Of a stretch of 64,000 nucleotides of DNA, positions 40,971-63,260 are shown piece after piece. The stretch comes from the human T2T-CHM13v2.0 reference genome, Homo sapiens. Both the position numbers and the translations under genes were made by a program. Location: assembly GCF_009914755.1 (NCBI RefSeq), contig NC_060940.1. One strand, written 5' to 3'. The notes under the pieces are model-generated. The model had not been told where the DNA came from. It worked only from the letters and a program-made list of their open reading frames with translations, and did no database searches. Within the stretch, counting starts at the first letter, position 1, and every line of letters begins with the position of its first letter.

Positions 40971-41156
40971 AGGGTCCAAAGAGAGCAAGCCGTCCTATGG
41001 TCTACCCCACAGGGTCTCTCCAGGGCCCCCTGACCTCACCCCTGCCCTTTCCCCTCCTCCAACACACTCCTCCACCCCATCACCTCCCCCCACGTCCACC
41101 TCACGTAAATGCTCTGCTCTGTTGCAATTTTGGGTTGTCGGTCCTAAGGGGTGTGG

Positions 41157-41472
<316 letters not shown>

Positions 41473-42178
41473 TGAGGGTTGTGTTTTAACTTTCCAGCTG
41501 AACAGCCAGGTCCTGGAGAGAGTTTTGGATTATCCCCTTGGTGAATTAATTCCTTCATGCGCCAGCCTCCCGGAGGGTCTTCTGTGTGTCATGTGAGCCA
41601 ATCCCTTAAGTAAATCGCTGTCCGATTGGTTCTGTGTCTTTGCGGACCCAGCTCTACTAGGACAGGAGAGACCATTTCAAAACCCGTGTCAGGTGTCTGC
41701 CCACCAGTTGGCCTGGTCCGCGCTACTGCCGATGGCCACGGGAGGGCAGCAGAGACCCATCTGGTGGAAAACGCTTTGCTGCAGAGGTCAAGTGGGCTGG
41801 GCGGTCCCCGGGGAAACCAGAGAAGCAGCTCGTTTCAGAAAAGGCCACCTTAACACAGGGTGGGAGAGAGGACGGTCAGAGAGGAAGGGCAAAGTTTAAT
41901 TCACCATCCTAGAAACTTTAAGCATTTTTTAAAAATGAAGGCTGGGTACGGTGACTCACACCTGTAATTCTAGCACTTTGGGAGGCCGGGGTGGGTGGAT
42001 CACTTGAGGTCAGGAGTTTGAGACCAGCCTGGGCAACACAGTGAGATCCCCGTCTCTGTTAAAAAAAAAGAAGAAAAAGAAAACCACTTCCTGGTTGGAC
42101 AACACAGAGACATCTAGCGGCCAGAGAAAGAAAAGTTGAGAAATGGGGGCTGGGGCGAAGTTGGGGGATGCATGAAGC

Positions 42179-42278
42179 CCTGTGTGCCCCGGTTCAGATG
42201 TCATGGGCCTCCTCCCACCCCCTCTCCTGTGTGCCCCCGTTCAGATCCATGGGCCTCCTCCCACCCCCTCTCTCCTAT
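42179..42278. repeat. ~47-bp tandem duplication (2 copies)
   Basis: cctgtgtgcccc(g/cg)ttcagat..catgggcctcctcccaccccctct repeated. Confidence 0.85.
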
Positions 42279-42280
42279 AA

Positions 42281-43877
<1,597 letters not shown>

Positions 43878-44059
43878 CATTTATTGCGCTCTTAAACTGT
43901 GCTGGGCCCTGGGCTAAGGGTTTCACACATGCCCATCAGCAATTGGTATTATGCAAAAGAATTACCAACCTCATGTCAGGACTTGTCCCAGCCCTTCGCC
44001 ATAGCAGGTCCCCTCACCACCTCTCTGTAAATGACTGCAACCCCTCCCCAACCAAAAGA

Positions 44060-44680
44060 TAGTACAGGAATAGTATTGGCCACAAGTAAGAGAAAACCCC
44101 AAATACTCATGTCTTTAAAAAGATGAGAATTTATTTCTCACGTCTGTGAGGCTCCATGATGTTGGGACCCAGGCTTCTCCTATCTCATTCTTCTATCAAT
44201 TTCTATTCCTGGAATTGCTTCATGGTCCAAAATGGCTGCTGGAACTCCAGCCATTGCACCTACCATCTAGCCAGCAAGAAGAAGGGAGGGGCAAAGGAGA
44301 CCATGCCCCTTTCTTTTTTTTGAGACTGAGTCTTTCACCCAGGCTGGAGTACAGTGGCGTGATCCTGGCTCACTGCAACCTCCACCCACCGGACTCAAGC
44401 AATTCTCCTGCCTTAGTCTCCCTAGTAGCTGGGATTACAGGTGTGTGCTACCATGCTGGCTAATTTTTGTATTTTTAGTAGAGACAGGGTTTCACCATTT
44501 TGGCCAGGCTGGTTTCAAACTCCCAAAGTGCTGGGATTACAGGAGTGAGCCACTGCGCCTGGTCATGCCCTTTTCTTTACTGAAGCTATGCACATCACTT
44601 TGTGCTCACATCCCGTTGGTTAGAACTTAGTCACATGACCACACCTAGCTGCAAAGGAGGCTGGGAAATGTAATCTCAGG
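44060..44680. mobile_element. Ancient ERVL/MaLR-type LTR interrupted by an Alu (-, 44314-44563)
   Basis: catggtccaaaatggctgc...tcacatcccgttggttagaacttagtcacatgaccacacctagctgcaaaggaggctgggaaatgta. Confidence 0.65.
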
Positions 44681-45036
44681 TACAGGCTCAGGTACAAATC
44701 AGGGATTATGTCCAGGGTAGACCAGGCTGCAGGGCTCCACTCTGGCTGGGCTGATGGCCATTCACCTCCTCAGGGGCTCTGTCGGCACTCATAGCTGCTA
44801 AAGCCCCAGCCTCGGAGCAGTTTGTGTAGACTCCCTCAGCCACTCCTGCAGGGGACCACAATCAGGCTGGGGAGCTTGGCCAACGCCCCTTGTTCCTGAG
44901 ACCTTCGGGCTCATGAGCTGACCATGCCCCAGCGACAGGCCTGGTGTCCCATCTTCCTCCAGGCCAGCAGTGACTGCAGGGTCCCCGGGGTTGTTGTCAT
45001 GTTTTTGGTGTGCCTCGCTGCCTGCCTCCAGTCTCA

Positions 45037-47179
<2,143 letters not shown>

Positions 47180-47611
47180 AATATTTGTTATTTTTCTATC
47201 TTTTTATTTAAAAAGATTTCAAATACATAGAACAATGAAAAAAAGAAGAGCATGCAGTTTGTGGCCCACCCTCTGGATTTGATGGGTGTTGGCGTCTGCA
47301 CAGTGATCAAGCTCGTTTTAGTGGCTGGGTGGTATTGCACTAGGGCACACGTGTCTGGGCTCGGTCAGTTACTGAATGAATATGTATTAAGCGCCCACTC
47401 TGTGCCCAGCAATCTCACAGGCTTTGGGGCCTCGTCAGTGAACAAAATAGTCATGTGTTTGCTCAAAGGACACTCTATCTAGGAGCGTGGGGAGATGTAA
47501 AGGAGCCCTTAGGCATGGGAGAAGTGAAATTTCCAATGGTGGAAGGCCGTGTGCGGGTCAGCCAGTCCTCCCTAGTACTCGGGCGTCTTTGGGATGGTGG
47601 AAGGGTTTTCA

Positions 47612-49665
<2,054 letters not shown>

Positions 49666-50829
49666 TCCGAGCCCTTATTTTCCTCCTCTGTCTTGAGCTT
49701 CCGATAACTCTGGCCCAAGTCATCACCGACCCCCAGCCCCCATTTTAGGGACTGCCACAGCCAAACTGCTTGGTTCCAATCCCAGCTCCGCCACCTACCA
49801 GCTGTGAATTGTGGACTGGTTCTGACTTGCTGTGGGCCTCAGTTTCCTCATCTGTAAAATAGGAATAGAGCCCCCCTCCTCTCCCCAGTGGAATAGAGAA
49901 TAATGCGGTGCCTCACCGGGGCCTGGGGCGTAGCACGTGCTCACTGAGCGGTGGCTGGTTTTACTCTGCCTCCTCCTCCGCGCCTGTCCTGGAGAGGAGA
50001 CACCGGCTGGGCCTGGGATGGGAGCCTTCCCGCAGGGAGGGAAGGCCGGGAGTGTGAGCGAGGAAAGTGGGAAGGTCCCTGATACAAGCTCTGCTGACTT
50101 CAGGGTTCTGCTGAGACCACAGCCACCAGCCAAGCCGCCTCTGTCAGAGGGAACAAAGGGTGACCTCCCTGCAGGCTCCCCGATTCCACAGGAACGACTC
50201 ACAGCCTCGGCCTCGGGGCTTTGTGAAACCTTCTTTAAACAATAAGTGCTGAGCTGGGCGCTTCCTCTCTCCAGAGCGGCCCGGGCACATCCGCTCCAAT
50301 GAGGTGACGTGTCCGTGCATTTGGCCGGGACGACCACCTCAGAGGCCAAGGCGCGGGGACTGGGCCCCAGCCAGGCCGGGGTGCCGTCCAGGAAGGAGAC
50401 ACTGCTTCCCGTGGGCCTGGCACGGTCACTCCCCCGCTGCCCGCCCCACCTCGGGACCAAGTCCCCCCCAGGGGGGCCCGCTGTGATGACGACGTCCAGC
50501 CCCAGGGGGCCTGAAGTGAGGACAGGTCATCAGATGGGCCCTGGGAAATTTCCACACGATGGCAATTTTGTGATGCTTTCTTGGACTTCTCTAAATGATA
50601 AAAAATCCTTGGAACTCAGAGCCACATGCAGTCAGGATGGCTGCGCTTGCACTTTAGGAGTTCTTGAGCTACTCACTCATTTAACGCATTTTTGTGGAGC
50701 AATTGCTCCGGGCTTGGCTCTGAAGGCCCAGTGGTGGACGTGACAGGTGACAGGCATGCGTGGGCCCTGCCCTGCTGGAGCCAGTCTCATGAGAGCCCCC
50801 AGTTAGACAAGCACATGCCAGTGAAGGGC

Positions 50830-51565
50830 CACATGGCACTGAGAAGCTGCTTCACTCCCACCAGTGCAGCAGCTGGGGTCATACAGACTGACGACAACAA
50901 GTGTGGGTGAGGATACAGAGAAATTGGAACCCATCTTTGTGGCAGGTGGGGATGACAGTGGTGCAGCTGCAGTGGAAACGGTCTGGCAGCTCCTCAAAAG
51001 GTTTAAACACAGAGTTAGCACGCAGCCCAGCAATTCCACTCCTAGGCTTATACCTAAGACGAATGAGAGCATCTGTTCACACCAAAACCTGTCCACAAAT
51101 GTTTATAACAGCAATATTCTTAAGTAGCCAACCAGTGGAAACCACCAGATGTCCATCCATTGATGAAGAGATAAGGTGTGGTACGTCCACACAGTGGAAT
51201 ATTATTCAGCCACGAAAAGGAATGAAGTGCTGAGTCATGTTATAGTGCGGATGAATCGTGAAAACATGCTAAGTGAAAGAAGCAGTTCACAGAAGACCTG
51301 CAGGGCATAGGTTTCCATTTACAAGAACTGTTCAGAACAAGAACATTCATAGAGATATAAAGTGGATGCATGGTTGCCTGAGGCTGGGGGGCAGGGGGAG
51401 AGGGGATGGGGTGACTGTTAAGTGCATGGGATCTTTTGGGGTGATGAAAATGTTCTGGAAGTAGACAGTGGTGATACTCGAGCACCCTTGTGAATATATG
51501 AAAAACCTCTGAATTGCACACTTTAAAATTGTTAATTTTATGGCATATGGATTATAGCTCCATTT
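50830..51565 (+). mobile_element. L1M (L1MB-like) 3' end fragment
   Basis: gtgggtgaggatacagagaaattggaaccc, cccagcaattccactcctagg, tggaatattattcagcc, aaaacatgctaagtgaaagaagc, tgaattgcacactttaaaa. Confidence 0.85.
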
Positions 51566-53793
51566 TTTTTCAGCAGACAGAAGGGCCAGGGCCGGGAGCT
51601 TTCAGTCTATGTGGGCTCTCTCAGCTCACAAATCCAGGAAAGCATATACCGTATTAATTCCTTTGAAGCTTTCCAGCCTTTTGAAGGCAATGACCGTAGC
51701 CCCATCTTCAAGGTCTTCTTGCTGAGGGCTATTTCTGTGGCTCTGGGCTGCCCAGGGAAAGTGCTGGCACACTGTGAGCACAGTGAGTGCTCAGAAAGGA
51801 CAGGCGTGTTGGAAGCGGCAGGCAGGGTCTGGAACAGCCACCTTTTGGCTTCTCTCCAGAGTTCTCAGCGCCACACAAATCTATCTAGCCTCAACGCCAA
51901 CCCCTGCTGGACCTCTCAGCTCAATTGTAGCACCTTTTAATGAAAGACACTGGGAAGTGTACTGCCAGGTACTGTTGGGCAGTTTGTTCACTGTGCAAGC
52001 AGCATTTATCGAACTCCTACCATATGCCAGAAAGCTTGCTTAGCACTTTGCCTAAACTGAACCTTGTTTCATCCTCACACTCACTCTTTGGTGAGGGAGT
52101 CATTAACCTCAGCTTCTGAAGGCAGGAGCCTTGGGAAGCTTTGTGAGTCCCTCAAATTCACACTCTTTCCCTGGCTGCATCGGGGGCAACCCTGGCAGGC
52201 CCCAGTTCTTCAGCAAAGCAAGGCCTGCCTCGCCACTGGGAAGGGCCAGGAAGCCTCTCACGCCAGACCTGCCATGCCCAGGGAGTCCCGGGAGCCTGGG
52301 ACCCGCCCGAAGCTGGGGCTCAGCTGTGGGAGGCACAGTGGTGAGACTCTCAGGACAGGGGTCAACAGGACCTGGGTCCAGCCTTCCTGACTCTGTTCGT
52401 CGGCAAGTTGTTGAATCTGTCTGGGCCTTGATTTTTCTCGTGTGTTCAATGGGCAGTGACAACATCACTTCTAGAATTGCTTGGGGATGAAATGACATAA
52501 CACACGCAAAGCGCTTAGCTCACGGAGGAACCCCTAATGCCTATCAGCGTTCAGAGGCATGTGCTGGTTACTTTTCCCCACCATCCACGAGGGCAGGGCC
52601 TCAGCTGTCTCGTTCACAGCAGTTCCTGGTGCCTGGCGCCGTGCCTGGCACATGGCACTCAATAAATATTTTTGAACAAATTAATGAACGAATGAATTAG
52701 TGAACGAGGGCTACTTAGTACCGGGTGCTGCGCACAGACTTCAGATCTGCCGCTGGAAGTCACCAGACTCCTCCTAGAAGAGGCCACAGCCCCCAGTGCC
52801 CCACCCCAGCAGGGGTCAGATTCTCCCTGGGTGGTCCTGCTCAGAAAACACGGCTGGGGGAGCTGCCAGGCGGCAGGGGGTTGGGGGAGTCCCAGCCTCT
52901 CCTGTTTCTTCGGCCTTGCGGGCGCCGTGACCTTCCCCACCTGGCCCTGTCCGTCTTGCTGGCTGCCCTGGCCACCAGGGAGCCCGCAGTGCCTGCCCCG
53001 GCTCCCCTTTCACACGGAGAGGGGCGCCTTCTCCATCTGTACGGCCTCACCGGGACTTTCCTCCCCAGCTCTCAGGTTACATTCCATTCACAAAAAACAG
53101 TCCAGATTGTAAGATGTGTGAGCGAATTATAAGGAAAAAAGCGAGGTGGAAAAATGTGGTCAGAGAGTGAGCTAGCTGGGATCGGGGCACAGGAAATTGT
53201 TCCACCCACCCCCTTCCACCCACCCACACACATGCCCGGGGCCAGCTGGAAGCCTTTCCATCTGCTGCGTGGGCTTCCAGGCTCAGGGCTGCCCGCTCTA
53301 TGCAGGGGGGTTGGTGGGGTAGGGAGCGGGGGAGGGGACACTGAGCAAGAGAGGCAAAGAGATTCAGTGGCAGAGGCTCTAATTAACAACCACTCCATTA
53401 TGTCCTCTTGGCCAAAGCTGCCAGGTACTGTTGGGCAGGTTGTTCACTCTGCAAGGGTGCTTGGCTCCATCCAACAAGCCATGTGCCCTGGCATAAGGCT
53501 CTGTCTGCCCAGCGGGGGACATCTTTTCCTCACACACACAAAGGTAGCTCATGCACTGGTGGTCTCGGCTCATAAATCTTCACTTCTAAAATGCTTAAAA
53601 TAGAACTTTGCTCAATGTGACTCTCTCACTCCAAGACTCTCCATGGCTCCCACTGATCTACAGGATAAAAATAGCAGCACATTTCCTGATGACTGCCTGT
53701 GTGCCTGGACTGTGCCAAGGGGTTTCGTGTGCAATGCCCCTTCTCCACCACCACAGACAATTCTTATGAACAGGTCTACAAAAAACTACATAA

Positions 53794-56073
<2,280 letters not shown>

Positions 56074-57302
56074 TCAGTATCATAAATACTTGCAAAGGGA
56101 AGAAAAAAAAATTCCCCCAGACTTGACGTCAACACAAACAGCCCTAATTGGTCCTGGAGCCTCATAATTCTCAGATTGTCTTGACCATGTGTATCTAGGA
56201 AATTCACAGCGGCAAAGGTGAAGGGTGTTTTCATTCGTAAATTGAAGTGAAGGCTTTGTCTCCAACTGAAATTTGGCTCCAACCCCTCACCTTGGGTCGC
56301 TTTTTCTGTGTGTGTGTGCAGAAATCTGACTTATCGCTTTCTTAGGGGAAGGAGAAAAGGCATGAATATTTAATTATTCTGCTGCCAAGAAAGGAGGGTT
56401 CGGAGCTAGATGAGGAAAGAGCTAGGTTTTTCTCTTCCAGGCCAAGGCAGGGCCCAAAACAGCCCTTCGGATTCTCCCCTGCCCTCCCTCTTTTTGTCAT
56501 TTTGGGGGTGCCACAAGCTGTCCTGCTCTGCTTTCCCGGCCTCTCTATTTTTGGAAAGCATCAGCTGTTGGGTGAGTTTCATTAATTTCCGGTCAGATCT
56601 TCTGAGCTCCTTGGCATGTCTTGTTTTGTTCACAACAAACTTCAGAGAAGGAGGAGGAGGGAGAGGAGAGGTGAGGCCCAAGCTCGCTTTTGGCCAAAGA
56701 ATTGCCAGCCGAGAGGGAAGGGGGGCCTGTGGCTGACGAGGCTAGAACATTCTGCAATGTGGAAGCCAAAAAATTCCAAAAGAAACATTCTGTAGCTTCC
56801 AGCCTGTAAGAGGAGGAAGAGGATTTCCTCTCTGGGCAGTTTCTGGGGGCTCTAGGGAGGGACCCATCAGTGCAGCCCCTCTGGCAGCCAGGACGGAGGG
56901 GCGGGATGTGGGGGGACAGGAAACAGGGTCAGGACTCTGGGCAGCACCAAATTTGGAGAAGCTCAGGGGTGAGAATTTCAGCCCAGGCAGGAACAGGACT
57001 CTGTGATGACCGAGCCTCCTCCGATCTTGGGGAGATTTGCCTCTCTCCTCGGGTGGGTAAACTGAGGCAGTGAGCTCCCTCCACTTTGCCACTTTGCAGA
57101 GCAAGTTTCCAGGAGAGCTGCATGTCAGAGGTGCCACTGGCTAAGCACCTACCTGCCATCACAAACTTCACATAGATTTTCCCGTATCCTTGGCACAACT
57201 CAAAAGGGGTGAGCCATTAGGCCCAGAAGACACATGTGGAAACAGGCTGAGAGGCCACCTCTTTCTCCAACTAATATTTTAAAGTTATCCTATGATTCAT
57301 CT

Positions 57303-57909
<607 letters not shown>

Positions 57910-58241
57910 TCCTATGATTAATTTCTTAACAATAGTATACCAGATATGATGTCATTATATATAAATTAAACAAAATAATAGGAACCCCCAGTTTTAATAA
58001 CAACCACTGGGAGTAATTAAGACAATTGCATGACACTGATTTTGTTAGAACAAGCGCCTTTGCTGCCATCTGACAGAAAATTGATATAATTGATGGATAA
58101 GTAGTCCATCTTTCAAGTCAATAAAGCTATCATAAAAACACAAACATGTTTTCTAGATTATAAAGATATCCACAATGTGAACAGCATCCCCTTTGTCATG
58201 GATTCCTTGCAGTGCTCAACCTAAATAATGGAATAGAGTGA

Positions 58242-59152
<911 letters not shown>

Positions 59153-59174
59153 AGGGGGATGGGATTTTCGACGC

Positions 59175-59320
59175 CGTGTGTGCACACGTGTGTCTAAGCG
59201 TGCACATTTCTGTGTGTGCATGTGTTTTTGTGTGTATGCATTTCTGTGTGTACACGTGTTTGCACGTTTCTGTGTGTACACGTATGTGTGAGTGTGAGCA
59301 TGTTTCTGTGTGTGCACACC
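59175..59320. repeat. Degenerate (TG)n/(TGCA)-rich simple repeat
   Basis: Alternating purine-pyrimidine tract. Confidence 0.8.
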
Positions 59321-59782
59321 TGCATACTGAGAGGGGTAGGACTTGTTTTCAGGTGGGGACCCTTTAGCACGGACATTTGGGGCCTACAAGAGGACTTTGC
59401 CCCACTCATTGTGGATCAGTAGCTGCTTCTTGTCAGGGGGAATGGGTAGCACCCAGAGGGCCCAGGAGCATTTATTGAATACCTACTGTGTACCAGGCAC
59501 TCCTTGGCACCTTACCCATGCCCCTGGAGGGTCTTAGTAACCCCACTTTCCAGAGTCATTGTTCAGAGTCCTGGCAGGAGGGAAGTGCAGGGGACTAGGC
59601 TGGGGGCCTTGACTCTAGGCCCCCTGCCCCCTCCCCTCTCCTTGGGAAGGAGATAACCCAGAGCCCTCCTGAGAGTCCCCAAGTTGTCCTGGCCCTTTTT
59701 GCCTGGGTCTCCTCCTTTCCCCTTGTGATGGGGAGACTGAGGCTGGAGGAGGGGAGGAAACTGGCTGGTAGAGGGAGGAAAG

Positions 59783-59900
59783 TGTGCAGATGGGAAGGTG
59801 GTCAGGGGGTGCAGAGAGGGAGGTGGGGGCTGCAGATGGGAAGGTGGCCAGGGGTGCAGAGGGGGAGGTGGGGGCCGGGAGTGCAGACGGGAGGTGGCCT
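59783..59900. repeat. Imperfect G-rich minisatellite (~24-bp unit gtgcaga.gggaggtgg...)
   Basis: tgcaga...ggtgg recurs 5 times. Confidence 0.75.
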
Positions 59901-61665
59901 GGAGGCCCATCTTTTTTTGGAGGACTCTGCTGTGTCCTCTCTTCCTTTCACCCACTGGGAACCTAAACTCACCTGTCCCTCCAGGCTCAGCCTAAGGTCA
60001 CCTTCTCCATGACGCCCTTGGCCAGTGCCTGCTGTCTGTTTCCAAAGGTCAAGTTCTAAGTTGTGGCTCGGTTTCTGGTTGGTCTGTCAGATCCCCTGGG
60101 ACAGGGCTACACCCTTGGCCTGAGAAAGACTCTGTGTGGTGCATGACTTCACGGATCAAAGGGACTCAGACCTGGGTTTGAGTCCTAACCCACTCCTATT
60201 AGCCATGTGACCCTCGGCAGTGCCCTGATGTGCCACATTTCATATCCAGCCCTTTAAAGGCACTCAGAATGGCCCCGAAGCCTGACTCCTCTCCCTCATC
60301 CCCATTTTTGGTTGCTTATTTGTTTGTCCTACGGATTCTCTGGCCTCAGGGCCTTTGCACGTGCTGCCCCTTGGCCTGGAGTGCCTTCTCTTCTCTCTCT
60401 ACCATCTCAGCCTGGCCGACTCCTGGTCCTTCAGGTCTCAACCTCCACCTCCTCTGGGAAGTTTCCCCATCTCCCCATGGCCGGGTCACGTGCTGCTCTT
60501 GGGGCACCTGCAGAATCATTGTGCATGTGGCTGCTCCTGGCCAGACCCCGCCAGAGCTCCTGGAAGGCAGGGGTCACACAGAGTTTCTATCGCCCTCTCC
60601 TCAGGGCCTAGCCCAGGGCCAGACATCCAGGGGCACACGCTGACGCAGGCTGAATGAGTGACTGCAGCCGGGAGAGCTCAGCCCTCCTCCCTTCCCGCCA
60701 CACCCCTGGTCTGCAGCCCGCACCGGCACCAAGCTCAGGGACATGGCAGATGGAGGGCCGTGATCTGAGACCCCACTGATCCAGGAGCGCTGAAGTCAGT
60801 TCCCAAGGCCCCAGCATACAATGAACCACGTGAAAGCCACCAGCAAGCACCTCTTGTAATCAGGGACAATGCTTGGCCCTCCATCCCGAAGGACATCCCA
60901 GGGTCTCCGGAGGTAGGAATGGCCCAGCCAAGCACCCTGGCCTCATGCCTCCCGGCGCAGCCTGCCGAGGGCGGGACCCACCTGGCGACTCCTTCCTTCC
61001 AGCTGCTGGCTCTGGGGGTTCCGGCCACGCCTTTCCTGAAGCCACCCCCTTCTTTTTCCGGTCCCCACCCTGCTGGCCGGGCTGCTCCATTTTCTGCCTG
61101 ACCCCACCCCCAGCCTTTCAGGGCTGCTGGACTGGGGCATGAGAGTGGGGTGGCGCTGGGCTCGCTGGGTGGCAGCTTTGGGGACAGCGGTGCCTGTTGG
61201 TATAACAGCCTACAGGCAACGGTCCACCAGTCACTCAGCAGTCCTAAGGGCATCATTATCTCCACTTCACAGATGGGGAAACTGAGGCTCTCAGAGGTTA
61301 CGCGACTTGACAGGTTCACACAACTGAGTGTACCGGGGGGAAGGCAGGGCAAGGCTTGAGCCCAGGCATATCTGCCTTCAACAGGGACAGCCACTGCCAT
61401 CCCCCCGCTGCAGACACCACAGGGCTTGGTGGGCTCCAGCCCCTCCCTGAAGCTGTACCTGTGACCCTCACACCTGGAGGAAGCACTGGGAAGTGCTGGA
61501 ATCAGAGAGGACAGCCCTTCCCTCAGCTACGGCTCCAAACTATCCAGCAAAATGCCCTGGATGGGCCAGAAAGTCAGAAGGGACTTGGCCCAAATAGCAG
61601 TTCCAGGAGCAGAGGCTCAAAGCTGTGATGTCCCTTCCTTCTGAAGTTTCTCCAGGACAGACTGT

Positions 61666-61666
<1 letters not shown>

Positions 61667-61709
<43 letters not shown>
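61667..61709. repeat. (GT)21 microsatellite
   Basis: Perfect dinucleotide run. Confidence 0.95.
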
Positions 61710-61710
<1 letters not shown>

Positions 61711-61956
61711 TCACCAGCTATACATGGTGGACAGATATCCACTCACAGCTGGGCTCTGTGAGAGAGGAGATGGGAGCAGAGAGTGGGGAGGCCATAGTCA
61801 GGCCACCACGAGACCAGGGCATCTGTGAGTCACCCCAGCATAGGGCGAAGGGACAGAGAGGCAGCTCCTCAGCTCCCTGGCAGAGCCCTGTCAGTGGGAG
61901 CCACAGAGCTGTCAAGGAAAGAGCTCTGGAAAGGCCCAGCACGGCACTCACATCTG

Positions 61957-62243
<287 letters not shown>

Positions 62244-63039
62244 AGCCCTGGCCTGGGGGTCAGAAGGGGCTGATTTCAGCCTCAGCCCTGTCAGTTATCA
62301 GCAGCTGCATCACCACTGTGACCCTCAGTTTCCTCATCTGTACAGTGAGCAAAACATAGTTCCTCCCCCGGCAGCTGTCCTGAGACACAGAAACCACGAC
62401 CACAAATCACAGGGCTGCTTGGCGCTCAGACATATTAGGAAAAAAAGGAAGAAGATTTGGGTGATCTGAAAAGGTCAGTTTGAGGGTTGAGGGAGAGAGT
62501 CCTGCATTTCCTCCCTGGCCTGGCCTCAGCTGGGCCCCACTTCCTGTCCCAAGCTGGCCAGTCAGCTGTGCCCTTGTTTAACCTCCTTCCTGCGGCCATC
62601 TCTGCCGGGAGGCACCTCGGTACTTTGGTTTAATTGGCCTCTGCCTGCATTTTAAAGCAGAAAGCGGCCTCTCTCTGAGGACCCAGCGGGGGCAGTCCCT
62701 CCCCGTGCTCTGTGCGCAGCCCCAGCTGCCTCTGCACTCCTCATCCAGCTGCCCCGATTTCACGGGGCTCAAATGTTCAAGGTCACTGGGTCGCCCAGAG
62801 TGGCTGCTCCACTCCCTTCTCCTCGCCCACGCTGCTGGGACTGCCGGAGCCCCTCCCAGCCGGCCAGGAGCCTGGCTGATTCTTCTCCTAAACTCACCCT
62901 GCCCCTAGCTTGCTGCATGAGCTCAACTCCAAGCCCCATTCCAGATCCCGATCTCCTGGTCTGCAGAAGAGTCCAGTGGCCACGAGCGACCTTCCGGAAT
63001 CGCTCCTCGCACGGTCTGAGACTCAGGAGGGAACATTCT

Positions 63040-63260
63040 TCATTCTCAGGGAAGGACTCCATTGGTCCTGTTCAGGTCCCGTGCCCATCCCTGCACCAAT
63101 CACAGTGGCCAGGGGAATGGGAAACTGTGATTGGTCGGGACTGGGTTACATGCTTCCCCTGTTACCAAGGGTCAAGGGCAAAGTACTGGGACTGGCACCA
63201 TCCCCAGAAACTCAGGGGCAGAGGGAGGAGCAGCCCATTTCCAAGCCGGGATGCAGTTCC
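63040..63260. mobile_element. Old MaLR LTR fragment (MLT1K/L-like)
   Basis: gtgcccatccctgcaccaatcacagtggccaggggaatgg...tgattggtc...ggttacatgc. Confidence 0.6.
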
